Source: an uncultured virus (IMG/VR IMGVR_UViG_3300048762_000476) (Duplodnaviria; Heunggongvirae; Uroviricota; Caudoviricetes). Taken from it: a stretch of 64,000 nucleotides of DNA. Shown here piece after piece: positions 18,678 to 27,533 of the stretch. Numbering within the stretch: the stretch's first letter is position 1; the number at the start of each line of letters is the position of its first letter. The position numbers were made by a program, and so were the translations under genes. The DNA lies in the IMG/VR virus record IMGVR_UViG_3300048762_000476. One strand, given 5' to 3'. Under the pieces are notes generated by a model, which ran no database searches, was not told the DNA's origin, and was given only the letters and a program-made list of their open reading frames with translations.

Positions 18678-19994
18678 TTAGCCAGCGAGGATCGCCTCGA
18701 TCGCGGCCTCGCTGCCGATGATCGGGGTGAGCGCGAGATAGCTGGCGTCCTCGGCGAGGTCACGGAGCAGGTGGACCCGGCCACGCGCGACGTAGTCGTG
18801 GATCACTGCCCAGACTGCGCCCACGATCGCCTCGGCCAACAACTCGGAGGGACGTTGCTCTTCGGGTATGCGCCTGATGAACACGTTCGCGAAGCGTCGC
18901 AAGAGCTTCGAACGCGGCTCGACCGCTACGGGGCCCACGGCGAAGATCTCGACAAACACCACCTGACCGACAAAGGGATTGGACGCGATGTGATCCAACA
19001 GCGCGGCGATCCCGTCGCGCACTTCCTGCGGCCACTCTGCCCCACGCCGCGCGGCCTTGGCGGCGCACACGAGGGCTTCGACACCGAGCAGATCGAAGGC
19101 TGTCAGAAAGCACTTCTCAACAGCCCGGGAACCGTCGTACATGCTCGCGAACGTCTCTTCGCTGACCTCGGCCACCCGGCTGATGCGGGGGGCGCTCAGC
19201 GCCGAGTAGCCCTCGCTCGCGGCGATCGTCGCGGCCGCGCGAAGGATCCGCAATCCCTCGTCGTTGCCACGCACGGCGGGTGGGCGGGCTCGCCACGCGC
19301 GGGCGGTGAGCGCCGGCGCCGGACGCGACCACGGGCGATAGCTCGATACCCAAGCGGATAGCTCGTCAGCTGTCGCGGAGAGCCGATCGATCCTTCCCTC
19401 GAGCAGGTACACGCGCGCGATCCGCTCGACGCCGCCCGCGATGCCCTTGGCGATCCTCGGCGAGAGCGTCGCACCACCGGAGCGGTTGTTGACGCTTGCT
19501 TCGATCAGCCCCTCGAAGATCGCGCGTCCTTCGCCCATGCGTTGCAGCGCCACGGGGCCCGCACCGAACGCCTCGATGAGCGCGAATCGAGCGGCCTGCG
19601 GCTCACCTGCGGCCTCGATCGCGAACTGCTCGAAGGCCCGGCACAGGCGGCGGTCCGGATCTCGCTCCCCGCGATAGGCCTCGCTGATGCGAGTGACAGC
19701 TCGGTCGACCACGAAGTCATAGGCCTCTAGGAAGCAAATCTCTTTCGGGTTCCGTTGCCCGAAAGCGAACAGGTCGTAGAAGGTTTGGCGCGAGACTCCG
19801 GCGAGCGCGCAAACGGACTTGATCGTCGTCGCCTGATACCCGCGATGCGAGACGATCTCGACCATCGCCCGATAGATTCGGTGGCGCTGATCCTCGGTGA
19901 TCTGCTCTTTGCTCAGCCCACACCAGCGAGGCTGCAGCTTCCGGTACGGCGACGCTGCTCCAACAGCGCTGGACGAGTCTAGGACGCTGCTCAT
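18678..19994 (-). CDS. Double-domain TetR/AcrR family regulator
   Basis: QRHRIYRAMVEIVSHRGYQATTI..VCALAGVSRQTFY; second HTH RILRAAATIAASEGYSALS...VAEVSEETF. Confidence 0.85.
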   Translation of the reverse strand: MSSVLDSSSAVGAASPYRKLQPRWCGLSKEQITEDQRHRIYRAMVEIVSHRGYQATTIKSVCALAGVSRQTFYDLFAFGQRNPKEICFLEAYDFVVDRAVTRISEAYRGERDPDRRLCRAFEQFAIEAAGEPQAARFALIEAFGAGPVALQRMGEGRAIFEGLIEASVNNRSGGATLSPRIAKGIAGGVERIARVYLLEGRIDRLSATADELSAWVSSYRPWSRPAPALTARAWRARPPAVRGNDEGLRILRAAATIAASEGYSALSAPRISRVAEVSEETFASMYDGSRAVEKCFLTAFDLLGVEALVCAAKAARRGAEWPQEVRDGIAALLDHIASNPFVGQVVFVEIFAVGPVAVEPRSKLLRRFANVFIRRIPEEQRPSELLAEAIVGAVWAVIHDYVARGRVHLLRDLAEDASYLALTPIIGSEAAIEAILAG

Positions 19995-20058
19995 GGCCGG
20001 GGAGCCCGATCCAGATCAGGACGCGTCGCTGTAGAGATCGTGCTTGCGGCCCTGCCTA

Positions 20059-20072
20059 TGGTGTATGCACCA
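20059..20072. promoter_or_regulatory. Inverted repeat between divergent TetR and XRE-1
   Basis: TGGTG-TATG-CACCA about 35 nt upstream of XRE-1. Confidence 0.35.
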
Positions 20073-20107
20073 CAGGTCCAGGTGAGGCAAGCCGGAAAAC
20101 GTCCCGT

Positions 20108-20329
20108 GTGGCGTCCCACGAGCCTTTGCCTCAGCTTGCAGCCAACCTGCGCGCGTCACGCGAGGCTGCCGGCATCTCGCAAGTAGTCCTCGCCCGCCGC
20201 AGCGGCGTGGATCTCTCGCACATCAACAAACTCGAGAACGCGCGCCGCGACCCAAGCACGACCGTGCTCCTGCGTCTCGCGCGAGCACTTGGCACCACCC
20301 CGGCGGATCTCCTACGCGACATCGAGTAA
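20108..20329 (+). CDS. XRE-family HTH regulator 1
   Basis: NLRASREAAGISQVVLA..SGVDLSHINKLENARRDPS..VLLRLARALG. Confidence 0.88.
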   Translation: MASHEPLPQLAANLRASREAAGISQVVLARRSGVDLSHINKLENARRDPSTTVLLRLARALGTTPADLLRDIE

Positions 20330-20412
20330 CCGCCCTCAAGCCGGGGGAGGGCCAACTGGAATCGCGTATGAGGAACGGCATAAGGGCGATATACGCCAAA
20401 CCCGCTCATACC

Positions 20413-20426
20413 GGAACTATAGTTCC
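20413..20426. promoter_or_regulatory. Perfect 14-bp palindrome, putative XRE-2 operator
   Basis: GGAACTATAGTTCC about 35 nt upstream of the XRE-2 GTG. Confidence 0.55.
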
Positions 20427-20461
20427 TGGCGTTCTGCGCGTGGGACGCCGAGTCTTCGGGG

Positions 20462-20740
20462 GTGCCACGAAGCTCAAGGCCCCAACCTGCCATCGGCCGC
20501 GCGGTCGGCCTGCGCCGCCTAGAACGACACCTCAGCCAGGAGGATCTCGCCCATGCCGCTGGTATGAGCGACCGCCGGTTGCGCGAGATCGAAGCGGGCA
20601 CGGCCAACCCCACGTTGCACGCGATCGACTCGATCGCGCGGGCGCTCGGCTTGGCCCACTGGGAGCTCGCCATGCGCGCCGACGAACTCGAGACGGACGA
20701 CCGCCGACCCACCAACCAACCACTGCGGCCCCACGACTGA
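20462..20740 (+). CDS. XRE-family HTH regulator 2 (controller-protein-like)
   Basis: LSQEDLAHAAGMS...LREIEAGTANPTL..I..IARALG. Confidence 0.85.
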   Translation: MPRSSRPQPAIGRAVGLRRLERHLSQEDLAHAAGMSDRRLREIEAGTANPTLHAIDSIARALGLAHWELAMRADELETDDRRPTNQPLRPHD

Positions 20741-20998
20741 CGCCTCACGAGTGCCGCGCGCCGCGCGGCCGGCTCATCAGCCGGCATCCGTTCTCCCTCC
20801 TCCCTGCACCCTGCCTCCCAAGCCGCTGCGAATTCAATCTGGTGAGCATATACCGGCGACGTGCCATCCGCGCCATCGGTCCTCGCAAGCTTCGCTGCTC
20901 GGCGCATAGCCCCACACAGACTACGCCATAACAACTGTTACTTGCGCGGTTGCTCAACCACGCGCCTCGCTGGCAGGCTCCACGTAAAGGAACCTGCC

Positions 20999-21301
20999 AT
21001 GAACATCGGCCGACATATCCGCCTCAAGCGCAACGCACTCGGGCTCAAGCAGAACGAGCTCGCCCATGAGGTCGACGTCACGCCCCAGCACATCTCCCAA
21101 CTCGAGCGCGAAGATGCCAGGCCATCGCTGGAGACGCTGCTCGCGCTCAGCCGCACGCTCGGCGTCACCGCCGACTACCTACTGACAGGACGCGAAGCCG
21201 CGCCCGTGGACATCCGCGGAGCGATCCGCTCGCAAGCGCTCAGCCCGGCGAGCAAGCGCAGCCTGATCCAGCTCGTCGGTGAGCTGAGCGCACGCGACTG
21301 A
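20999..21301 (+). CDS. XRE-family HTH regulator 3 (100 aa)
   Basis: Start MNIGRHI (RBS AAAGGAA); GLKQNELAHEVDVTPQHISQLERE..RPSLETL..LS..LGVTADYLLTG. Confidence 0.88.
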   Translation: MNIGRHIRLKRNALGLKQNELAHEVDVTPQHISQLEREDARPSLETLLALSRTLGVTADYLLTGREAAPVDIRGAIRSQALSPASKRSLIQLVGELSARD

Positions 21302-21351
21302 GCAGCCCGGGACGCGCGAAGCTTGCGCTGTGAGCGCTCCCGCGGGTCCCG

Positions 21352-22143
21352 CTAGCCAGGTGGCCGGGGCGCCGCGTCCAGTACCCGCTGTGCGCAGGCC
21401 GTGAGCTCGGTGAGTACGCGGTCACGATCGTCGGAGCCGTCGGATGTGAGGATCAGGTCGAGTCGATCCGACGCGTGGTCCCATTCGGCCTCGGCCCATG
21501 CCGTGGGACCGCCCGCGGCAGCGATCCTCTCCGCCTGCCCCGTCGCGTCGGCCGGGTTGGCGGAGAGCAGTTGGGAGGCGAACACGAAGGCTGTATAGCG
21601 CTGCAAGTCCGTCAGCTGCTCGCGGACGCGGCCGAGCTGCTCCGGTGACGGCAGCCAGTGCTCGACCTGATAGTCCGAATACCAGTCGTGCAACCATTTG
21701 CGCGTCCCCGATTCGCAGAGCCATTCCCTCGGATCAAAGCCGACGCCCACATCGAACGCGATCTCCTCGTCGGTCCCGGTCAGCGGCAACTCGTCGGCCG
21801 CGCCCATCGCCACGTCGACGGTCCAGTCCGTTCTTCCAAGGCAGAACACGAGCCGCGCGCGGCCGGAGTCCCCGTCCGTGCGGGGCATCAGACGCACCGC
21901 GCTGACATCGACCTCGACCAGCGCATGGTCCAGCACCAACTCGGTGCCGACCAGGACCAACAGCCTGCCCACGGTGCGAGGCTGGTCTTCGCCGAGAAGC
22001 TCCGCGACCAAGCCCTGATCGACCGGCGCTCGCGGCTTGAGTTCGTTCTGCGCGACCGCCGGCAGCAGATCGCGGATTTCACGCCGCACTACCGGGTCCT
22101 CGAGGTCGAGGCCCTCAAGCAGGGTGTCCTTCGTTAGCTCCAC
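21352..22143 (-). CDS. Hypothetical protein (263 aa, acidic)
   Basis: GTG start with RBS GAAGGA; codon usage typical of the region. Confidence 0.7.
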   Translation of the reverse strand: MELTKDTLLEGLDLEDPVVRREIRDLLPAVAQNELKPRAPVDQGLVAELLGEDQPRTVGRLLVLVGTELVLDHALVEVDVSAVRLMPRTDGDSGRARLVFCLGRTDWTVDVAMGAADELPLTGTDEEIAFDVGVGFDPREWLCESGTRKWLHDWYSDYQVEHWLPSPEQLGRVREQLTDLQRYTAFVFASQLLSANPADATGQAERIAAAGGPTAWAEAEWDHASDRLDLILTSDGSDDRDRVLTELTACAQRVLDAAPRPPG

Positions 22144-22299
22144 GATTGCCCATCCTTCCGCCGCCCGGCGGCGGCGCGTTTACTGTCCCCCCTGACTTTT
22201 AGAGCAGGGGGACGCGCGGCACAAGTGTCCTGTGGGTTAGGCGAGAGAGTTTGACAGGGAACCTTCGAGGCTTAGGCGTCGGACCACCGGACCATCGCG

Positions 22300-22827
22300 T
22301 CACGCGGGTGGGAAGGAATGGAGTGCGGCGCGGTTGGCTGCCCTGACGCTTCCGAAGTGGTATTCCACGACGCTTCGCGGCGGCCATCGTCCCTGCTCCC
22401 AGCCGGCTTCAAGGCGTCGCAGGCGGACGCCGCCGTCCCGCGCGGCCTGCTGGGTCGCGTAGCTGAGCGACAGGTCGGTGGTCTTCGGCGGCCCACCGTA
22501 CGTGGCCGTCCACGCCCGTAGGGCCGCTTCGATCAGGCTCTTGTTCCACTTGGCGCTGTCGCGGCCGTTGCAGTCGGCGCACAGCGGTCTGGCTCGTCCG
22601 GGTCCTGCTCCGGTGGTCTGCGCTCCGCACGAGCCGCAGACCCCGCGGTAGCGGTCCTTGACGCGGCGTGCCTTTGACCCGTCGGGGTCGTAGATGTAAG
22701 CGCGGACGGTCGCCGGGGTGCGTCCGAGGCGGCACGCGATCTCCTTGACCGAGAGTCGCTCCTGCTCTCGGTAGTGCTTGGTCAGCGCGACGGCGCGCTG
22801 GCGCTCCAACACGCGCCGATAGGCCAC
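22300..22827 (-). CDS. HTH + Zn-finger + homing-endonuclease-associated-repeat-like protein
   Basis: LSVKEIACRLGRTPATVRAY; CGSC...CADC; W.KSLIEAAL.AW....GGPP...WP..SVV...FGS..AA. Confidence 0.65.
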   Translation of the reverse strand: MAYRRVLERQRAVALTKHYREQERLSVKEIACRLGRTPATVRAYIYDPDGSKARRVKDRYRGVCGSCGAQTTGAGPGRARPLCADCNGRDSAKWNKSLIEAALRAWTATYGGPPKTTDLSLSYATQQAARDGGVRLRRLEAGWEQGRWPPRSVVEYHFGSVRAANRAALHSFPPA

Positions 22828-22894
22828 AGGTGGGTCTCACCGGGCCTTGGCCGCGACGCCGCATGCTGCGCGCGAGTCTTCGCCCGCTCGTGGT

Positions 22895-23395
22895 TCAGAG
22901 ATCCTGGAAGTCGCGGGGCGCGTAGCCGATGGCGTCAACGATGCGCCCAGCTGCCCCGACGTCGATCTCCGTACGGTATTTGCCTGGGTAGCGCTTGCCT
23001 TTGCGCACGAACGAGGCGGTTCGCACGAAGCCCATGATCCGTAGGAATTCGTCGCGGTTCTTGTATTTGGCGAGCTTCGTGGCGCGGGTCTTGCTGAGGC
23101 TCGGGTCTTCTTCCTGGCGGCGTGCGAATAGGGCCTGGATCGGCGCCAGGGGGATCCGGTCGCGCTTGTACTGCTGCAGGTCACGAAGCTGGCGCTCCTC
23201 CTCGGCGAGACGTTGCATCCTTGCGACCTCGAGCCCGAGCATCTCCGCGACCTGCTCGGGGCTCAGGCGGCCCGTGTCGAGTAGACGCGTCGCTGCGCGG
23301 CCGAGGCGGGCGCATGCACGGCACACGTCGAAGGGGTGCTCTGCGCACCACTGGCAGCTGTTCTGTGTCTGCTCGCACTTGCTGCTCCTGCTCAT
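22895..23395 (-). CDS. Hypothetical Cys-cluster/HTH protein (166 aa)
   Basis: Start MSRSSKC (RBS AAGGAG); CQWC..H...C..C; LSPEQVAEMLGL HTH. Confidence 0.6.
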   Translation of the reverse strand: MSRSSKCEQTQNSCQWCAEHPFDVCRACARLGRAATRLLDTGRLSPEQVAEMLGLEVARMQRLAEEERQLRDLQQYKRDRIPLAPIQALFARRQEEDPSLSKTRATKLAKYKNRDEFLRIMGFVRTASFVRKGKRYPGKYRTEIDVGAAGRIVDAIGYAPRDFQDL

Positions 23396-23526
23396 CCTCG
23401 CTCCTTGCCCGCCCGACGGCCTGCCGTGCTGGCCCTGTATAGATGTCGGCGTTCGAGCGTCGCTTCCCCCACGCGACTTTTCGGACGCACGGGCCGCCTG
23501 CCGCGATCGTGCTTGCGTTGAGCGGG

Positions 23527-24738
23527 TCACGAGCCGCGCCTAGCTTTCCTCGCACTCGGCTTTGACGCCTCGAGCGGGTAGCGTCGGCGCATGAACGAGG
23601 AGAAGTGCGGCACCGTGAAGTCGACCTCGCCGTGGTCGGGGCTGAAGATCAGGCCCTTTTTGATGAGCGCGTCGCGGTGCACTGAGATGGAGGACACGCC
23701 GCTTCCCAGGCGCTTGGCGACATCGCCGGTCCGTTGCGGCCCATCGCCGAGCTCCGCCATCGCGGCCATGTAGCGTCGCTCCGCCGGGGTCGCCTTCTCG
23801 AAGCGGACATGGAAGAACTCCTCGTCGAGCTTCGCCTGCACAATCGGCCCGGCGGCCTGTACGTCGGCGAGCGTGATCGGCGTGCCCGGCGCCATGTTCC
23901 ACGTCTCCTTGCCGTAGGCCTGCACGAATGTGGCGTAGCCGCCCGAGAGCTCCCCGATCCGCGCCAACGCGTCGTCGTCGTAGCTGACCCCCTCGGCATG
24001 CGCCGGGTCGACCAGCGCCTGGCGGGCGGCCCGTTCGCTCAGCGGCCCGATCTGTGGGTAGCTGAACAGGCGCTCGGCGTAGGACTTCGCGTCGACCATC
24101 AGGCCGGGCAGCTGCGGCAGACCGGTTCCGGCGAGCGCTACGGGCAGCTGCTTCTGGGACATGCGGTGCATCGCCGCCGCGATCGCCTCGAGCTCCTCGC
24201 GCTTTAGAAACTGCATCTCGTCGATCAGGAAGACCACGCCGGTGCTGTGCTCTCGCGCCGTCTCTCCGAGCTCCACGAACAGGTGGGTGAGGTCACGCTC
24301 GAGGTTGCCCGTCGAACCGGAGACAGCGCCCGGGTCGAAGGAGAACTCGAGGTTGCCACCGCTCGACGCCCCGACCTTGAAGCCACGCAGCAGTCCTGTG
24401 AACGCCTTCAGCCGCTCGCCCAGCGCACGGCGGCGGTCCAGGCGCAGCAGCGCTTGGTAGACAGCGTCGGCGATCTCGGAGCGGAAGTCGGTGTCTGAGC
24501 GGATCTCGATTGGGTCCGCCGCGGTCCATCCGGAGGCGTCGGCGATACTCTCAAACTCCAGCAGTAGAACGGTCTTTCCTACGCCACAAAGGCCGAAGAC
24601 GATCATGCTCTGATCGTTCGTCGCGCGGCTCAGGCGACCTACCAGCGTTCTGAACTGCTCGGTCTGGGCCTCGCGGCCGGTCAGGGCCCGCGGCGGGTTG
24701 CCGGCACCCATTGAGTATGGATTGGCAAGCGGATCCAT
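23527..24738 (-). CDS. AAA-type ATPase with C-terminal winged helix
   Basis: NPY..GAG.PP..L.GR, Walker A GLCGVGKT, Walker B LIDEMQ, SYAERLF, wHTH RDALIKKGLIFSP.HG.VDFTVP.F. Confidence 0.88.
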   Translation of the reverse strand: MDPLANPYSMGAGNPPRALTGREAQTEQFRTLVGRLSRATNDQSMIVFGLCGVGKTVLLLEFESIADASGWTAADPIEIRSDTDFRSEIADAVYQALLRLDRRRALGERLKAFTGLLRGFKVGASSGGNLEFSFDPGAVSGSTGNLERDLTHLFVELGETAREHSTGVVFLIDEMQFLKREELEAIAAAMHRMSQKQLPVALAGTGLPQLPGLMVDAKSYAERLFSYPQIGPLSERAARQALVDPAHAEGVSYDDDALARIGELSGGYATFVQAYGKETWNMAPGTPITLADVQAAGPIVQAKLDEEFFHVRFEKATPAERRYMAAMAELGDGPQRTGDVAKRLGSGVSSISVHRDALIKKGLIFSPDHGEVDFTVPHFSSFMRRRYPLEASKPSARKARRGS

Positions 24739-24756
24739 CGGCCTAAGCTAGCACTA

Positions 24757-24816
24757 CTATCAGTGTCTATAAGGGAGTATCAGGAAAAGCTGATAGCGCC
24801 TTATAGGTCTTGATAG
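24757..24816. promoter_or_regulatory. Extended inverted repeat with 10-bp-phased half-sites, putative operator/promoter of the ATPase gene
   Basis: CTATCA, CTATAA, GTATCA at 24757/24767/24777 mirrored by TGATAG, TTATAG, TGATAG at 24791/24801/24811. Confidence 0.7.
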
Positions 24817-24913
24817 ATGAAGCGCGATGGCCACCGCCCCATGCGTGCCTGCCTCGGACGGGTGAGAACATCTTGACATCGGATGCGATCCAATCCGCTT
24901 GGCAGACATCAGC

Positions 24914-24957
24914 TAAAAAAGGGCGGTCACAGCCAACGCAGGTGGGCTGACCTGCCT
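24914..24957 (-). terminator. Possible intrinsic terminator ending the long minus-strand unit
   Basis: Imperfect stem GGCAGGTCAGCC...GGCTGTGACCGCC followed by a T6 tract on the minus strand. Confidence 0.4.
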
Positions 24958-25120
24958 GCACAGGAATCAGTCACGTCCGGCATCGCGTGGGAGCGGCTGC
25001 GATCGGATGCGGTTGGCAACCAGCGCGCCAAAAAAGGGGTTGGCCTTCCGCCCGGGTGATGCCGAGGGCCCGATCCGTGCCCTGGGGGGCGGACGTTCTC
25101 TTTGGAGCGGCGCTCCGGCG

Positions 25121-25151
25121 CCCAGGCCTCCGTGGAACTTGGAGGCCTGGG
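25121..25151 (-). terminator. Stem-loop downstream of ssb
   Basis: Perfect 11-bp inverted repeat CCCAGGCCTCC...GGAGGCCTGGG. Confidence 0.5.
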
Positions 25152-25198
25152 GCCGAGACGTCGGGGATCTGGGGTAGTGGTCGCGGCTGGGTGTCTGC

Positions 25199-25639
25199 CT
25201 AGAACGGGATGTCGTCGTCGCCGGCTGCACCGGCGGCGACACCGGCGGGGACGGGCACGAAGTCCTGCTCTGCGCCGGAGGGTTCCCCGCCGTTGCCGTC
25301 GTTTCGTGCGCCGAGGAACTGCACGGTGTCGGCGATGATGTCGATGTCCTGGCGTTTTGCCCCCTCCTGGGTCTCCCACTCGCGCCACTCGAGGCGTCCG
25401 TCGATCGCCACCGGGCGTCCCTTGGACAGATAACGCGCCGCGTTCTCGCCCTGAGCACCCCATACGGTGATGTTGAAGTAGTTCGGCTTGTCCTCCCATT
25501 CGCCGCTGCTTGCCTTGCGGCGGGTGTTGCAGGCGACCCGCAGCTTGCACACCGATGTGCCGCTCGGGAGCGAGCGCAGCTCGGGGTCGGCGGTGAGGTT
25601 TCCGGTCAGCACTACCCGGTTGATGTTGGTTGCGGCCAT
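25199..25639 (-). CDS. ssb: Single-stranded DNA-binding protein
   Basis: NRVVLTGNLTADPELR, YLSKG..VAIDGRL, acidic tail DDDIPF. Confidence 0.97.
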   Translation of the reverse strand: MAATNINRVVLTGNLTADPELRSLPSGTSVCKLRVACNTRRKASSGEWEDKPNYFNITVWGAQGENAARYLSKGRPVAIDGRLEWREWETQEGAKRQDIDIIADTVQFLGARNDGNGGEPSGAEQDFVPVPAGVAAGAAGDDDIPF

Positions 25640-25879
25640 GGTTCTTTCTCCTTTTGGTTTGTGGGCGGCATTCAGCTAGAGCCGGCCACTGATTGGATTG
25701 CTGTTCGGTTGGCTGTGACGATGCGGGGCCACGAGCCGGTGGTGTCCCCGGCGGCCCGCGAGCTCGCCGGCGTTGCGTGAGAGTTGGGAGCGGGATGGCG
25801 AACTGCGAGGCGGGGAATGCGCCACATCTTTCTGTCGATGGCGGTGAGCGTCTCCCCCCGGGCGAAGGCGCCGGCGTGC

Positions 25880-27430
25880 TCACGCCGCTTGCGCGGTGCG
25901 GGTCTCGGCGGCGTTCATCAGGTGGTTCGCGAACGCGGCGAAGCGCCCCGCCGGGGTCGCCTGCTGGGTTCGCTCGTGTGCCTTGAGGACTTCCTTGTTG
26001 AGGGTCTCAGTGCTCCACTCGAGCGACGCGGCGGCCTCCAGGAGTTCGGAGATGATCTCCAGCACATCCGCGGAGACCTGTGCCCAGTCGACGTGGCCGC
26101 GTGGCCCGGCGCCCACCGCGAGGGCTGCGAGCAGGGTTACGGCGCGGTCGTCGTAGGAATGCGCAGCCATCGCACGGTGGATCCGAACGTAGGCACGGGC
26201 AGTCGCAAGGTCCTCCTTTTCGTGCTCGGATCCGGCATTCGCGTCTTGGCCGGTGTTCTGCGAGGAGGCACTTTCGGTTCCTTGCGTAGGTGTGTTGTCG
26301 GTGGCACCCGCTGCCTGTTCGGATGAGGGCGCGTCGGCGGCGGCGCTCCCAACTTCCGGTGGTGAGCGGTGGTTCTGTTCTGCCTTGGCGGCAAGCCACC
26401 TCGCGAGTCTCGCCTGGCGCGCTTCTTGGTCGTCGCACTCTCTTGCTGCCAACGCAACAACGTCGAGGATCTTCGCCTCGGGCACTTTGAAGTGCGCCAG
26501 CGCGGTCAGCCAGTTGCGCACGACCCGCTCCTGTGAGTCGCGCAGCGGGCCTGACTGCTCCTGACTTGCCGCGAGATTGCTCAGCGCCTTCGCCACAGCC
26601 TCGCCGTAGCCGCTGCTTTCGGCGGCATGGATTGCGGACGCTGACGCGGGCCCGTCGGGCATCGCGCGGTGTTGCTGAGCGGGCAGCGAAGCGGCGGCGT
26701 GCGGTTCCGACGCGTTTGACGGCCCCGTCATGTCTTCTGGCTCGCCCGATGTGGGAGCCTCCGGGTTGCCGTGTGGATCGTTTGTCCTGGCTCGAACTAG
26801 GCGCGGCCCGCGTGAGCGGATTGCCTCTGCGATTTTGAGGTGATCAAGCGGGGGGCCGTAGATGTTTTCCCCCGTGTTTGTGACCCATCGGTCGTACTGA
26901 TTGCGGCAGTATTCCTGGCCCTTTCCCTCTTTGTCGAAGTACGGTTTCAGGTGCCGCTTGGGATCATCGCCCTTGGGTAGACGCAGCTCGTGCGGCTCGC
27001 CGCCGCGGAACATGACGATCGGGTCGCAGGCGTACAGGCACTGGCCAGGGCCGAACTTGCGCCCCGCGCGCTTGCTCGCCTGCGCCCTCGCGTTCATCTC
27101 GGAGCCCGCGCGGGTCGGCGCCCAGCCCTCGCCGATGTCGGTATGGGTGACGCCGAACACCGTGAACGATGCGGCGACCATGCAGTACCAACCCGCACCA
27201 GCCTTCTGCTCGACGAGCTTGGTGAACTCATGGCCCCATTGGCCGCCGCAAGTGAGCGTGAATCGGTCCATCTGCGTCTCACCGATCGCGTACAGGGCGA
27301 TCGTGCACGGCCAATCTGGGTTGTCGGGCGTGGTCAGGATCTTCGCTTGAACCTGACTGGCCATATAGGGGGCGCGCAGGTATGGGATGGCCTCCTCGAA
27401 GCTCTGCGCTGGGAGGTGTGGGTCTGTCAT
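25880..27430 (-). CDS. Rad52/Rad22 (Sak)-like single-strand annealing protein with long C-terminal extension (516 aa)
   Basis: Start MTDPHL (RBS GAAAGGA); LRAPY, MDRF...GGQW, FGVTHTDIGEG, ASKRAGRKFGPGQCLY match the Rad52-family pattern D.G...A.KRA...FG.G..LY. Confidence 0.68.
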   Translation of the reverse strand: MTDPHLPAQSFEEAIPYLRAPYMASQVQAKILTTPDNPDWPCTIALYAIGETQMDRFTLTCGGQWGHEFTKLVEQKAGAGWYCMVAASFTVFGVTHTDIGEGWAPTRAGSEMNARAQASKRAGRKFGPGQCLYACDPIVMFRGGEPHELRLPKGDDPKRHLKPYFDKEGKGQEYCRNQYDRWVTNTGENIYGPPLDHLKIAEAIRSRGPRLVRARTNDPHGNPEAPTSGEPEDMTGPSNASEPHAAASLPAQQHRAMPDGPASASAIHAAESSGYGEAVAKALSNLAASQEQSGPLRDSQERVVRNWLTALAHFKVPEAKILDVVALAARECDDQEARQARLARWLAAKAEQNHRSPPEVGSAAADAPSSEQAAGATDNTPTQGTESASSQNTGQDANAGSEHEKEDLATARAYVRIHRAMAAHSYDDRAVTLLAALAVGAGPRGHVDWAQVSADVLEIISELLEAAASLEWSTETLNKEVLKAHERTQQATPAGRFAAFANHLMNAAETRTAQAA

Positions 27431-27462
27431 GTGGGGTCCTTTCAGGTGCGGGTGAACGGCCG

Positions 27463-27495
27463 GAGCTCGTGTCTCGGGAGCCGAGACACGGGCTC
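27463..27495. other. Strong intergenic hairpin between uvrD-like and rad52-like genes
   Basis: GAGCTCGTGTCTCGG-GAG-CCGAGACACGGGCTC, 15-bp stem with one mismatch. Confidence 0.5.
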
Positions 27496-27533
27496 GCCTG
27501 GCCTGCTGTGCGCCGTCATCGCTCGCAGGCGGG

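Noticed and set aside
20131..20934. 267-aa minus-strand ORF
   Set aside because: Antisense to two clear XRE genes.
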